The notes beneath the pieces are model-generated. The model saw only the letters and a program-made list of their open reading frames with translations, had not been told where the DNA came from and ran no database searches. A stretch of DNA of 64,000 bases from a virus, in the IMG/VR virus record IMGVR_UViG_3300017605_000154, positions 13,258-77,257 of that record; one strand, written 5' to 3'. This document shows, in pieces, positions 40,063 through 48,572 of the stretch (within the stretch, counting starts at the first letter, position 1; every line of letters begins with the position of its first letter). The translations under genes and the position numbers were made by a program.

Positions 40063-40379
40063 GCCATGCCTGTTTCGATTGCTTGGCAGATTCGGCAGCC
40101 CATCGGATGCCCTTGTGTATAAATGTGGACAGCGCCATCTATCCCTACACCGTCGATTGGCGCATGCGGTTGCGCGGCTACTGCATGAAGCGCGATCTTA
40201 GCAGCCTCCGTACGTCCGGCCAGAGCGACAAGCTCGATGAGTCCTTGCCACCCATCGTTGACGATAGCGACGGTCGCGTCATCGGCTTGCGGCGGGACAA
40301 GTGGCGCGAGGTTGAGAGCATGCACGACCTTCGCTCTACTCTCCTGCACGGTGGCGGCGTTCTGTTCCGAAGTGGTCAT
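40059..40379 (-). CDS. Hypothetical protein
   Basis: Overlap chain. Confidence 0.5.
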   Translation of the reverse strand: MTTSEQNAATVQESRAKVVHALNLAPLVPPQADDATVAIVNDGWQGLIELVALAGRTEAAKIALHAVAAQPHAPIDGVGIDGAVHIYTQGHPMGCRICQAIETGMA

Positions 40380-40642
40380 GCCAGCAACTTTCCAAGACCA
40401 TAGAGAATTAGAAACAGCCCACCGAGTAGGAGCAGGCCGGTGATAGCCAAAAGAAAAACAATTATGAGGTTCACTACCGCATCTTCTTCCCCCTCTTGGA
40501 ATTTGTCCATCAGTGGATCAGTCATGCCAGACCTCCTGCATTGCTTACACTGGTGTCTCGGCTTAGAAAGACTGTGATACTTGACATGTTGAATTGCGAG
40601 GACTTGCTCTTTCGTTAGCTTGTAGCTGCCGTATGTTCTCAT
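40376..40642 (-). CDS. Membrane protein
   Basis: C-terminal transmembrane helix; start uncertain. Confidence 0.45.
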   Translation of the reverse strand: MRTYGSYKLTKEQVLAIQHVKYHSLSKPRHQCKQCRRSGMTDPLMDKFQEGEEDAVVNLIIVFLLAITGLLLLGGLFLILYGLGKLLA

Positions 40643-40652
40643 AGGCCATTCC

Positions 40653-40681
40653 GATGTGGGGGGTTGTTAGCCCCCCACATC
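40653..40681 (-). terminator. GC-rich hairpin terminator
   Basis: GATGTGGGGGG/CCCCCCACATC 11-bp stem after the 40691 stop. Confidence 0.6.
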
Positions 40682-40690
40682 TGTCGAAGT

Positions 40691-41557
40691 TTAGCCGTTG
40701 CCCATCGGGGCGCAAACGCCGTGGTACAGCTTAGTGTACTTCGGGCACTTCTTGACCTTCTTCTCGATGTACACCTTCTTGATCTTTACCTTGTACTTCA
40801 CGACCACCTTGGTCTTGACCTTGACCTTCACCTTGGTCTTGACCTTGGTCACTGTCTTGGTAATCTCCCTAATCGGCGGCGTCACGATGCGATCCACATA
40901 CACGATTGTAGTGGTTGTCGTATTCGGCGGCACCTTAGGATCGGTAGGTCGTGGAGCGCATTCGTCGTTAGTTCCGCCGAATGCGTCTACTCCACCATCC
41001 TTATCTGCCCCGATAAACTTACAAGGCGGATGAGACGGTGGAACTACAATCGGAACGCAAGCGCCGTTAACCAGCATGTAGCCCGGTGGAACCTCAGACT
41101 GGTTGCCCTGAAGATTCTCACAAACATCGACAGGATGCTGCGGCTCGACACAAGTTGGTCGACCGTTCTCATCCTCTGATGCGATCAAACCTTCCGGCAC
41201 TGACTCTTGCACACCTACGATATTTGTACAAACGTCATCGTGTGGAGGCGTACAATGCTCCTCACAATCCTGACCGTCTGGACAACTTGGCTCTCCCTGC
41301 CCCGTATCGTAAGCGACAACAAGACTACGATTCTGGCCGTCCGCAAAAAATCCGCCGATCCCAGGAAAATCGGGAATGGCATTCACGGAAACGCTGATCG
41401 GATTCTGTCCTGTCTGTAGTCGCTCATCGACCCCCGGTGTTCCAACGTACTTGCAAACGAACACCTTATCAGGATGCTCGTAACCTGCCGTAGCTGTCTG
41501 TACTAGCCCAACTAGTGCCACGACTACTACGGCAAGCGCCGCAAGGATCTTCTTCAT
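40691..41557 (-). CDS. Secreted Cys-rich protein with DVC.N..G.Q..VP.G repeats and a Lys/Val-rich tail
   Basis: Signal peptide MKKILAALAVVVVALVG; two DVCxN repeats; KVKTKVKVKVKTKV. Confidence 0.7.
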   Translation of the reverse strand: MKKILAALAVVVVALVGLVQTATAGYEHPDKVFVCKYVGTPGVDERLQTGQNPISVSVNAIPDFPGIGGFFADGQNRSLVVAYDTGQGEPSCPDGQDCEEHCTPPHDDVCTNIVGVQESVPEGLIASEDENGRPTCVEPQHPVDVCENLQGNQSEVPPGYMLVNGACVPIVVPPSHPPCKFIGADKDGGVDAFGGTNDECAPRPTDPKVPPNTTTTTIVYVDRIVTPPIREITKTVTKVKTKVKVKVKTKVVVKYKVKIKKVYIEKKVKKCPKYTKLYHGVCAPMGNG

Positions 41558-41564
41558 TGCCCCT

Positions 41565-42110
41565 CTATTCTTTCATCAACCATATTTCGGCACTCACTTG
41601 TGCAATTGCCTGCTTCGCCGCATTTTGCAAGCCTCTGCGTTGGTATCGTTCTTTCAATGTCCTATAGCGTCTCCTCCATGATCGACATTCTTGGGTCTTC
41701 GTGCAGAATTGGGCACCGTTACGTGCCCCGACGAGAACTGAGCCGCACGATAAACAGTGCGGACGATTGTGTTCGTAAACTTGTTGTCTCGCATTCGCAA
41801 TCGAATACCCATGATGTAGCAAAATCTCGAGCGCGTTCGCATTACGAGCAAGCCACCGCTCATCCCTACATTTGGGACATAACTTACGGTGCGCCTGATC
41901 TTTTGCGAACCCCTCCCCACAGGAGAGACAGGCGACGGTGGTAACTCCTGAACATTTTGGACACCACCCTGTTACTTCATCTAGCTCATCGACTAACTCT
42001 CCGCAAGATGGACATATCTCAAGATCATGTATGTCGGCAGGGCGCACGGGATCAGTGCGGTCACCATTGCCCGTTACAGCCTCTAGCCCACGCCCTGCCA
42101 ACTCTGTCAA
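41565..42110 (-). CDS. Multi-zinc-finger hypothetical protein
   Basis: Five CxxC motifs. Confidence 0.6.
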   Translation of the reverse strand: MTELAGRGLEAVTGNGDRTDPVRPADIHDLEICPSCGELVDELDEVTGWCPKCSGVTTVACLSCGEGFAKDQAHRKLCPKCRDERWLARNANALEILLHHGYSIANARQQVYEHNRPHCLSCGSVLVGARNGAQFCTKTQECRSWRRRYRTLKERYQRRGLQNAAKQAIAQVSAEIWLMKE

Positions 42111-42133
42111 ATCAGCCTTTCACACGCTAGCCC

Positions 42134-42643
42134 CTAAGGGCCGGGACAACTCCATCCGTCGCCGAATCTAGCATAATGACCAAGTGCTGCGTTGTATTGG
42201 TCACGCGGCGTATGTCTTACATGCCAAGGCGGTGCCCCCATGTATGCAGCATCCGCGTTATATTCTCTCCACGAAATTCCGAACGCACTGACGAAGCTAC
42301 TGTTACTGTGTTCCCAATTAAAGTGCGTCTCGCAACGGGCGACACCTTTCCAATTCCAAGGCAACCATGCATTCCAGTTGTACTGGTAGTCATTCCAGAA
42401 TGCTTCCGCACGTTTGTAGACCTTACGTGCGATTGTACAACTACGCTGCCAAGGAACTTCCTTACACTTCTTCTTGTTGGGCGCGAGCAACCAGCTGTGA
42501 TTATTGAAGAAGCGCATTACATTTGTACTCTGCCGAAACTTGATCGCTGCACTTTCGGACTCCTGTTTTGCACTTGCCACTTGCGTATGTCCGCTGAAGC
42601 CGGCGATGGCTAACAGCGTTAGTAACGTAGTTAGCAGCCTCAA
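42134..42643 (-). CDS. Secreted Rpf-like (resuscitation-promoting factor type) transglycosylase
   Basis: Signal peptide; WKGVARCETHFNW ... PRDQYNAA ... GDGWSC matches the Rpf core W..VA.CE..NW...Q..A...W.C. Confidence 0.65.
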   Translation of the reverse strand: MRLLTTLLTLLAIAGFSGHTQVASAKQESESAAIKFRQSTNVMRFFNNHSWLLAPNKKKCKEVPWQRSCTIARKVYKRAEAFWNDYQYNWNAWLPWNWKGVARCETHFNWEHSNSSFVSAFGISWREYNADAAYMGAPPWHVRHTPRDQYNAALGHYARFGDGWSCPGP

Positions 42644-42673
42644 AACATGATCCTCCTTGTTTGTTTACAAAAC

Positions 42674-42775
42674 AGTGGAAGGGCCGCTTATGCATCTACA
42701 TGTGCCCGCAGGGGGAGCGAGCATCAAGCAGAAGTTTGCAGCCCTTCCACTTTTTGCGTAGCCGTACTACGCAAA
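42674..42775 (-). promoter_or_regulatory. Structured RNA leader ahead of the Rpf-like gene
   Basis: TTTGCGTAG/CTACGCAAA hairpin plus an 11-bp AGTGGAAGGGC/GCCCTTCCACT stem enclosing inner helices. Confidence 0.5.
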
Positions 42776-42776
42776 C

Positions 42777-42998
42777 TTAGGACACGTCTTCTCCTATGAC
42801 CCCTGGTACCAATTCCCACTCAGGGAAATACTTGTGAAGAGTGTCCATCATGTCTGACTTTTCTGAATACCCCTCCGAGGGCGCGATAATCTCACCGCGT
42901 GGCCCGTCAGCCAGTATGTGAAAATACCAGAGGTTGTTTGTCGTGCGAAAGTATTCGATCCTGCGCTTCGTCTTGTTGCGCTTCAGCAAGTTGCGCAT
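42777..42998 (-). CDS. YegP/DUF1508-like protein
   Basis: IEYFR...WYFHILA...GEIIAPSEGYSEKSD. Confidence 0.7.
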   Translation of the reverse strand: MRNLLKRNKTKRRIEYFRTTNNLWYFHILADGPRGEIIAPSEGYSEKSDMMDTLHKYFPEWELVPGVIGEDVS

Positions 42999-43017
42999 TA
43001 CTCTCCGATCTTCGTTA

Positions 43018-43605
43018 GAGCTACGCCTACCTCAGAGATGGGGGGAGACGCTAACACCTCTGATCCCACCAATTTTGCCACGTATCCCTCGGCGTAGCTC
43101 AATGGGATAGTCCGACCGACCCCTACGAATACGTCGTAGGTTACTCTTGACTACCCCATTCAACTACGGTAGTTCTAGTGTGCGCGGCCTACGGTCATAC
43201 GATGAGTACCAGAAATTTACTCATCTAGCTACGAGTTTGCCGTGAATGATTCCTGGCGCATCATCCATCTTTCCTGTAGTTTGCCACTCTACAGGCACAC
43301 ACTAGTTCTGAAAACTACGGGATAGTGGACTATCGCAGACTTCGTCCACTATCGGGTGATTGGTGAGAGTCTTTGCATTGACCCTTTGTTCTGCGACCAA
43401 AATTGAGCTACGTTGGTTAGCAGACTTGCACATCGTCTCGCTCATGTATCTACTTATTACCGGACGATCGACCCCCGTAGCTCAATGAGCTAGAAGACAT
43501 TCCTCGGTTATGGACTTACCCTATTTGGAAGGCAGTAGCCATAACTCTGTACTCGTACATCTAGCTCATTCAACTACGCAAAGTTTCAACTTTCCCCCTT
43601 GCGCG
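43018..43605 (-). ncRNA. Candidate large structured non-coding RNA / hairpin array with a duplicated module
   Basis: No convincing ORF; CGTAGTTGAATG and CATTGAGCTACG each occur twice, with nested inverted repeats; own promoter. Confidence 0.55.
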
Positions 43606-43616
43606 ATCCTCTGAGG

Positions 43617-43645
43617 AGCGTACTCCCCAGGGCCGCTCCTGTCAA
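43617..43645 (-). promoter_or_regulatory. Sigma-70-like promoter TTGACA-N17-TACGCT
   Basis: Perfect -35, 17-nt spacer, TAnnnT -10, pointing into the ncRNA region. Confidence 0.7.
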
Positions 43646-43752
43646 TGCGTGGCGGCGCGTCCTGGCCGTCCGGAGCGGGGGTCAGCATCGACCTCCCCCC
43701 GCGCTCGGACGCTCGGAGAACGGCTCCTGTGGCCGTACAGAACCTACGAACT

Positions 43753-43983
43753 TTAGAACCCTGCATCCTTTGCCTTACCGCCCTTGCAACCGATATGCGG
43801 ATACCATGCATAGGGATCAGAACCATGCCAGAAGGTCAAACCGCAATCCTCGCAAACTTGCGGAATCTTGGCACTGTATGCCGCGACTCCATGCGGTTCG
43901 TCCCGCCTGTCCTGGGACTTAACGACAACCTTGCGGGCATGCTCGGCGATTGCATCCAACGACTCACTAAAGATGATCTTCAT
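43753..43983 (-). CDS. Hypothetical protein
   Basis: GGAGG RBS; CEDC. Confidence 0.55.
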   Translation of the reverse strand: MKIIFSESLDAIAEHARKVVVKSQDRRDEPHGVAAYSAKIPQVCEDCGLTFWHGSDPYAWYPHIGCKGGKAKDAGF

Positions 43984-44049
43984 GTTTCCTCCTGAGTGTT
44001 ATCTAACTGTATGCATCGCTCACCTTCCTTTCGTTAGCCTCAAGAATGA

Positions 44050-44070
44050 GGGCCGGGATATACCCGGCCC
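44050..44070 (-). terminator. Hairpin terminator
   Basis: GGGCCGGG/CCCGGCCC after the 44096 stop. Confidence 0.55.
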
Positions 44071-44095
44071 CCAAACTTCAAGCTACCTTCGAAAG

Positions 44096-44467
44096 TTACG
44101 CGGTAGCGAGATCGTTCCGGACGAGATACACGTTCTCGTCCTTGCCGCGAACCTCGACGTTCTTTGCGGGCGAGTCCTCGTCGGCCGCAACAGCACGCTT
44201 GATCGCGGACTTCAGCGAAGCCTTGATCGAATTCGCCTTCACACCCTCGAAACCAACCTTGGTTCCGCGAATGTTGGCCTCGATGAACGATGCGAGGAAC
44301 GAATCGTACTCGCCATGACCACGGCCACCACGGGTACCCTCAAGCTCATCAGCCTCGACGGGAATCATCTCAAGCGACATCTTCTTTCCTCCTGTTGTTG
44401 TAGTTGCAGCGGAAGCTGCGGTTGTATCTGTGTCTGCCTTGCTACTGCTACTTCTTGGTCTTGCCAC
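44096..44467 (-). CDS. Hypothetical protein (possibly abundant and DNA-binding)
   Basis: Strong codon bias; second RBS plus ATG at 44380. Confidence 0.65.
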   Translation of the reverse strand: MARPRSSSSKADTDTTAASAATTTTGGKKMSLEMIPVEADELEGTRGGRGHGEYDSFLASFIEANIRGTKVGFEGVKANSIKASLKSAIKRAVAADEDSPAKNVEVRGKDENVYLVRNDLATA

Positions 44468-44885
44468 GATGCTCCACTCCTGTTCTTTCGACTAGCTGGA
44501 GCCTTCGATCAACGTCCGAAAATGCCTTCACTACATTCATACCTCCTACGCTGGTTTCCAGTACGGACAGTCGATTCATTAGGGACACTATAGGGGATTC
44601 TGCCTCCATTGTCAAGCCCATTAGCTCATCTTCTTGCGGCTTCCGCAGGAGGACGAGCGTGGAGGGCTTGGAGCGACCCCCTCGGTCAAGCAGCGCCGCG
44701 TAGCCTCCGTCGTACAATGCTCTTGTGATGACGGAGTAGTACGTCGATGAAGCAATTGACCGAACAAGTATCGAAAGTGAACCGATGTAAAGTTGGTTGC
44801 CTTCGACTTTAACGGATTCTTCCTCCATTCTTTCGTAGACAGAGATGATGTGTTGAGCAAGCCTTGGAGACATGTGGGTTTGCAT
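44448..44885 (-). CDS. Hypothetical protein (possible winged helix)
   Basis: TGATG overlap; L.DGGY..LLDRGGRSKPS. Confidence 0.55.
   Translation of the reverse strand: MQTHMSPRLAQHIISVYERMEEESVKVEGNQLYIGSLSILVRSIASSTYYSVITRALYDGGYAALLDRGGRSKPSTLVLLRKPQEDELMGLTMEAESPIVSLMNRLSVLETSVGGMNVVKAFSDVDRRLQLVERTGVEHRGKTKK
44587..44615 (-). promoter_or_regulatory. Intragenic sigma-70-like promoter TTGACA-N17-TATAGT
   Basis: Near-consensus; upstream of 44096..44467. Confidence 0.7.
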
Positions 44886-45220
44886 CACGCCTCTTCTGTT
44901 TTCCACCCTGCAAGGAAACAAAAGCGGCACATCTTGAAGCCATTGGCTTCTGCAACCATCGCAGTGTCGGTACCGCGAGGGTCGATGCAATCAGGGTTTT
45001 CGCATTCACCATAAGATTGCTTGGTTTCATAGAACCAATTATGGTAACTGCGCTCAAGCACCTTCGACTTGCGAGGTTTGGATTGAGGCGCTCGCATTAC
45101 CTCGTCTAGCTCTTCTGGCGAAATCTCCTCCATTTCTTGACTTGCCTTCTTTACGACGTGAGTAACTTTCTCGAGCGTGTTTGCAATCTCCGCAAGTTCC
45201 TCTGAAGATAGCTCCTCCAT
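44885..45220 (-). CDS. Cys-rich hypothetical protein
   Basis: CENPDC..CRFC; TAATG overlap. Confidence 0.55.
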   Translation of the reverse strand: MEELSSEELAEIANTLEKVTHVVKKASQEMEEISPEELDEVMRAPQSKPRKSKVLERSYHNWFYETKQSYGECENPDCIDPRGTDTAMVAEANGFKMCRFCFLAGWKTEEA

Positions 45221-45450
45221 TAGATTCCTTCCCCAAGCTTTTGAATATCGACCCAACCACAAGGTGTGTAAGTACCGTCGGTTGGGCTGTAGTGTACCTT
45301 GCCCTCTTGATAGCGAAGCTTGAAAGTTCTGCCTCTTAGCTCGACCGACTTGCTTCTTGCCTTGACTGCATCGGCCAGAGCCATGACGTCAAGAGGATCA
45401 AAGCTTGACACCCCTAAGCGGGCCTCCCAAGGTTCGGGTTTCTTGGTCAT
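45220..45450 (-). CDS. Hypothetical protein
   Basis: GGAGGAG RBS. Confidence 0.55.
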   Translation of the reverse strand: MTKKPEPWEARLGVSSFDPLDVMALADAVKARSKSVELRGRTFKLRYQEGKVHYSPTDGTYTPCGWVDIQKLGEGI

Positions 45451-45457
45451 GCTCCTC

Positions 45458-45994
45458 CTAGTCGGTAGTGTAGCCGGTAGAAGCTTCGATCGGAGGGCCA
45501 ACAATCTCAAGCACTGCGGCAGCGACTTCGTCCTCCGAGATTCCCAGCCAACTAGCAAGGGCTTCGGTAGGAATAGAGACACTTGAATAACTCACAGTGA
45601 TTGTTCCCGAAGGAAGGCCCTTCTCAGTAAATCTAGCATCAAGCAGATCACTGAGAACTTTCTGCCTTGCCCGCCTCTTTCGAGTGTCGTAGGTTCGACG
45701 CTCTTCCTCAAGAAGAAGGGCAGCTTCCTCATCCTTGTAGAAAGCCCAGAAGTCCAGCAGTTCGCGGGAAGAGACTGTAGTCTCATGCCCTTCCTTGTAG
45801 TAGCTAAGGTTGTAACCTTTGCCCGGTTCGATTACCTTGATCTGGACCTCAGTCTTGCGGTTCTTGTCGTAGAGGGACTTAACCTTTCTGATGCGAGTAA
45901 CTTCTACCTTGGCAGCGCCGATGGGAATGCTTCCCTTAGGACGCTTCGGAAACCAAGCGTAGAACTCGCCTACATAAAGCTCGTTGGCGTTCAT
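45458..45994 (-). CDS. Hypothetical protein
   Basis: AAGGAG RBS; 178 aa. Confidence 0.6.
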   Translation of the reverse strand: MNANELYVGEFYAWFPKRPKGSIPIGAAKVEVTRIRKVKSLYDKNRKTEVQIKVIEPGKGYNLSYYKEGHETTVSSRELLDFWAFYKDEEAALLLEEERRTYDTRKRRARQKVLSDLLDARFTEKGLPSGTITVSYSSVSIPTEALASWLGISEDEVAAAVLEIVGPPIEASTGYTTD

Positions 45995-46004
45995 AGCTCC
46001 TTCC

Positions 46005-47321
46005 TTAGATTCCTGCCAACTTGTCCAGCCTTGTAAGAATCAGCTCAAGCATGGATGCCTTCTTCTCTTCCTCCTGCGGGTATCCACGCGCGGAACCCTT
46101 GGTGTCGAAACTCTCTAGCATCTTGAGAAGCACGGTTGCATACTGCCCACTGATCGAAACACTCGGAGCAATAGTCTGAAGCTCCTGATCGACTAGGTTC
46201 TTGACAGCTTCGATCTGCTTTGGAAGCTCCACTCGCGCAGCCTCAAGCTCGTTGAGGGCTTCGTCGTGATCCTTGCGAAGATCGATGACTGCAAGATTGG
46301 CAGCCTGCGCCTTGTGCGTTACAGCCTTCCAATCATCGGGGTCAGTACCATCGGCACCTGCAGTCTCCGCAATCTTGCGAAAGACCTCTTCGTACTCATC
46401 GACTAGCGCAACCGCAAGGTCGTACGTTGTCTGATCCGGCCCCTCCTGTGGAGAAGTTGAAGTATCAGGCGCCTTTTCCTTCTTCTCCTTCTTCGGCGCA
46501 GACTCAGGCTTCGACCGAATCTTTGTCTCATCGATTTCTCCCCACTTCAAGCCATCGAGATGATCCATTGTTGCTTCGATCAACTCAATCGACCACAAGG
46601 AAGTGCTCTTACCCTTCTCCAACAGCGTGTAGAGAAGTTGGTAGCCTGCCTGGGGGGTCTTCCAAGCTCGAAGATTTCGCTTGGGTGCAACCTCCTCAAT
46701 TGCGATACGCACGAACTCGCTTCGTGCGGTACCTGCCCTGCTAGGACTTGTGTACTTCTTGCCCTCGACGGTGGCGCGAGTCTTTGCTCGCTCGACAAGA
46801 TTCTCTTCCTGCCTCTCAAGCAGAGTGCGAAGCCTTGCAATCGATGCCTTAATTCTCGGTGCGTCTTCAGCAGCCATGTTGTGTATCGCCTCTCCTGTTG
46901 CTTCACTCGTAAATGGATGATGGTCAGAATTGGGGCCTACTTTCACCCGCGTCAGGAAACTACTGTCGTCCTCCAAATCATCGATAAGAGGTACTCGTTG
47001 TCCTGCCGCTGCAGCTTGCTCTTGCGCCTTCTTCAAGGCGTCAAGATCAATCGCCGGCTTCTTCTTGTGTCCCTTTCGATTTTTCTTCTGTTCCCTCCCG
47101 AATTCAATGTGATAGCCAGCTTTCCGTAGGATGCGTCGAATGTTGAAGTGCCAGTTAAGATCCCCACCTTGCTTGTTTGCATGTCCAGAGATACCAGTGA
47201 GGACTGTTCCCGACTTCGGATCGATGATGTCCCACATCGTGTGGCTATGCTTAGAAGGATTCTTCTGGACTACAAGCCCAACCTCCTCGATCTTATCTAT
47301 GACTTCGTGAAGACTAGGCAC
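46005..47321 (-). CDS. Large hypothetical protein with possible N-terminal HicA-like domain
   Basis: KHSH..DP..G....H....D.NW..NIRRILRKAG in the first 70 aa. Confidence 0.6.
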   Translation of the reverse strand: MPSLHEVIDKIEEVGLVVQKNPSKHSHTMWDIIDPKSGTVLTGISGHANKQGGDLNWHFNIRRILRKAGYHIEFGREQKKNRKGHKKKPAIDLDALKKAQEQAAAAGQRVPLIDDLEDDSSFLTRVKVGPNSDHHPFTSEATGEAIHNMAAEDAPRIKASIARLRTLLERQEENLVERAKTRATVEGKKYTSPSRAGTARSEFVRIAIEEVAPKRNLRAWKTPQAGYQLLYTLLEKGKSTSLWSIELIEATMDHLDGLKWGEIDETKIRSKPESAPKKEKKEKAPDTSTSPQEGPDQTTYDLAVALVDEYEEVFRKIAETAGADGTDPDDWKAVTHKAQAANLAVIDLRKDHDEALNELEAARVELPKQIEAVKNLVDQELQTIAPSVSISGQYATVLLKMLESFDTKGSARGYPQEEEKKASMLELILTRLDKLAGI

Positions 47322-47499
47322 TTTTCTTACCCATCTCCTTCACCTCGATCTTGTAGATGTAGCCGTCTACGTTGACCGCGAAGAAATTCTTGCCTTCGGG
47401 CACAGCCGATGAGACACCAGGAAAGGCACGTTCGAAAACGTGCGTGACGATCTGGTTCTCACGATCAGCCTTGCGTGTGGAAAGCTCTGCCTCGCTCAC
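47314..47499 (-). CDS. Hypothetical protein
   Basis: Overlap chain. Confidence 0.5.
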   Translation of the reverse strand: MSEAELSTRKADRENQIVTHVFERAFPGVSSAVPEGKNFFAVNVDGYIYKIEVKEMGKKSA

Positions 47500-47966
47500 G
47501 ATGTCTCTCCCTTTCTGCTACTACTGATGAAGTTACAGTCGTAGCCATCGGTTCCTGCGTACTGCCAGATGCGCTTACAGGCTAGCGTAAGTTTATCACC
47601 TGGCTTCACTAGCGCGCAACGTGTGTCCTCGCATCCGAACTGTCGACCATCGGTGTACTCGACCACGAACTTCTGTTGGAAGCTATCACTGCTTCCGAGG
47701 AGTCGACTCTTGATAGAGCGAACCTCTCCAACCTTGGTCACGAACTGATGGTACTCAGCCTTGTAGGGGTAGTAGCCGACGGCGACGAATACTAGAGCTA
47801 TCGCAGCAATCACCCACAAGGCGTACGCAGGAACTTTCTCGAAGGTATCGAACTCACGATTTGCACGCCACCAGAAAAATCCTCCTATCACTAGCAGGGC
47901 TATGAACAGTAGAACTAGGGGTAGGAGAACGAGAACTTCCAGTGTCCAAGTCGTATTACCTTCCAT
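47496..47966 (-). CDS. Membrane protein (2 TM plus OB-like Cys domain)
   Basis: Two TMs; FGCEDTRCALVKPGDKLTLACKRIWQY. Confidence 0.65.
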   Translation of the reverse strand: MEGNTTWTLEVLVLLPLVLLFIALLVIGGFFWWRANREFDTFEKVPAYALWVIAAIALVFVAVGYYPYKAEYHQFVTKVGEVRSIKSRLLGSSDSFQQKFVVEYTDGRQFGCEDTRCALVKPGDKLTLACKRIWQYAGTDGYDCNFISSSRKGETS

Positions 47967-48316
47967 CAGCAGCCTGCCCTACGCTCGGCTGCCATCTCTG
48001 CGTACATGTCATGCAAGTCTCGCGCTTCCTCTTCCGTCATCAACTCGGAAAGATTGCGGCCTGCAAGATTAGGGCGACCGCAACCCCCACAGAGGCCGCG
48101 CTCTACCATGTTGCGCTCCATCGACATCATCACCGCTTCGCGAGATTCGTCATCGTCGTAAAAGCCCAACTCATCCAAGTCATCCTGTGTGTACACGAAT
48201 GGCTCGATGTGTGAACGTGAAACCATTTCGGGCAAACGATGGTAGATATCCCAGAGCTTTGCGTTATACTCTGCGATGCCTTCGATCTGCCCACAGTGCT
48301 GACATACCTTGTCCAT
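47966..48316 (-). CDS. Hypothetical protein
   Basis: CQHC..CGGC; TGATG overlaps. Confidence 0.55.
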   Translation of the reverse strand: MDKVCQHCGQIEGIAEYNAKLWDIYHRLPEMVSRSHIEPFVYTQDDLDELGFYDDDESREAVMMSMERNMVERGLCGGCGRPNLAGRNLSELMTEEEARDLHDMYAEMAAERRAGC

Positions 48317-48564
48317 CAGTTTCCCTCCCACTCTTCATCTTCTGCAGTAGCGTCGTAGGCTGCATTTTGCTTGAGGCAACCATCGCACTGATACGGTTCG
48401 ACTTGATCGTCTTTCATCCTTGTAAACATTCCAGGGTAGACCTTCTCCTCATCGACCAGCTCGCCAGCGCGAGTTTTCTCTAGGTCTGCATCAAGGCACT
48501 CGCCGCAGACAATCATGCCGCTACCGTCGTACTCGTAGTAGTACTCAGGATTGTGCTTTGCCAT
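48316..48564 (-). CDS. Hypothetical protein
   Basis: RBS; CGEC..CDGC. Confidence 0.55.
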   Translation of the reverse strand: MAKHNPEYYYEYDGSGMIVCGECLDADLEKTRAGELVDEEKVYPGMFTRMKDDQVEPYQCDGCLKQNAAYDATAEDEEWEGN

Positions 48565-48572
48565 GTCCTCTC

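Noticed and set aside
42674-42775. c-di-AMP (ydaO) riboswitch upstream of the Rpf-like gene
   Set aside because: Lacks the GAAUC, GGGGAACC and AGCUAAC-type consensus segments as far as I can see
43018-43580. CRISPR mini-array or TIGR-like array
   Set aside because: Repeats are only ~12 nt, in alternating orientation and irregularly spaced; no cas or Nop-domain gene was recognised
43566-43826. 86-aa minus-strand ORF ahead of the ncRNA region
   Set aside because: Overlaps the promoter and a GC hairpin and has no protein-like features; more likely regulatory DNA
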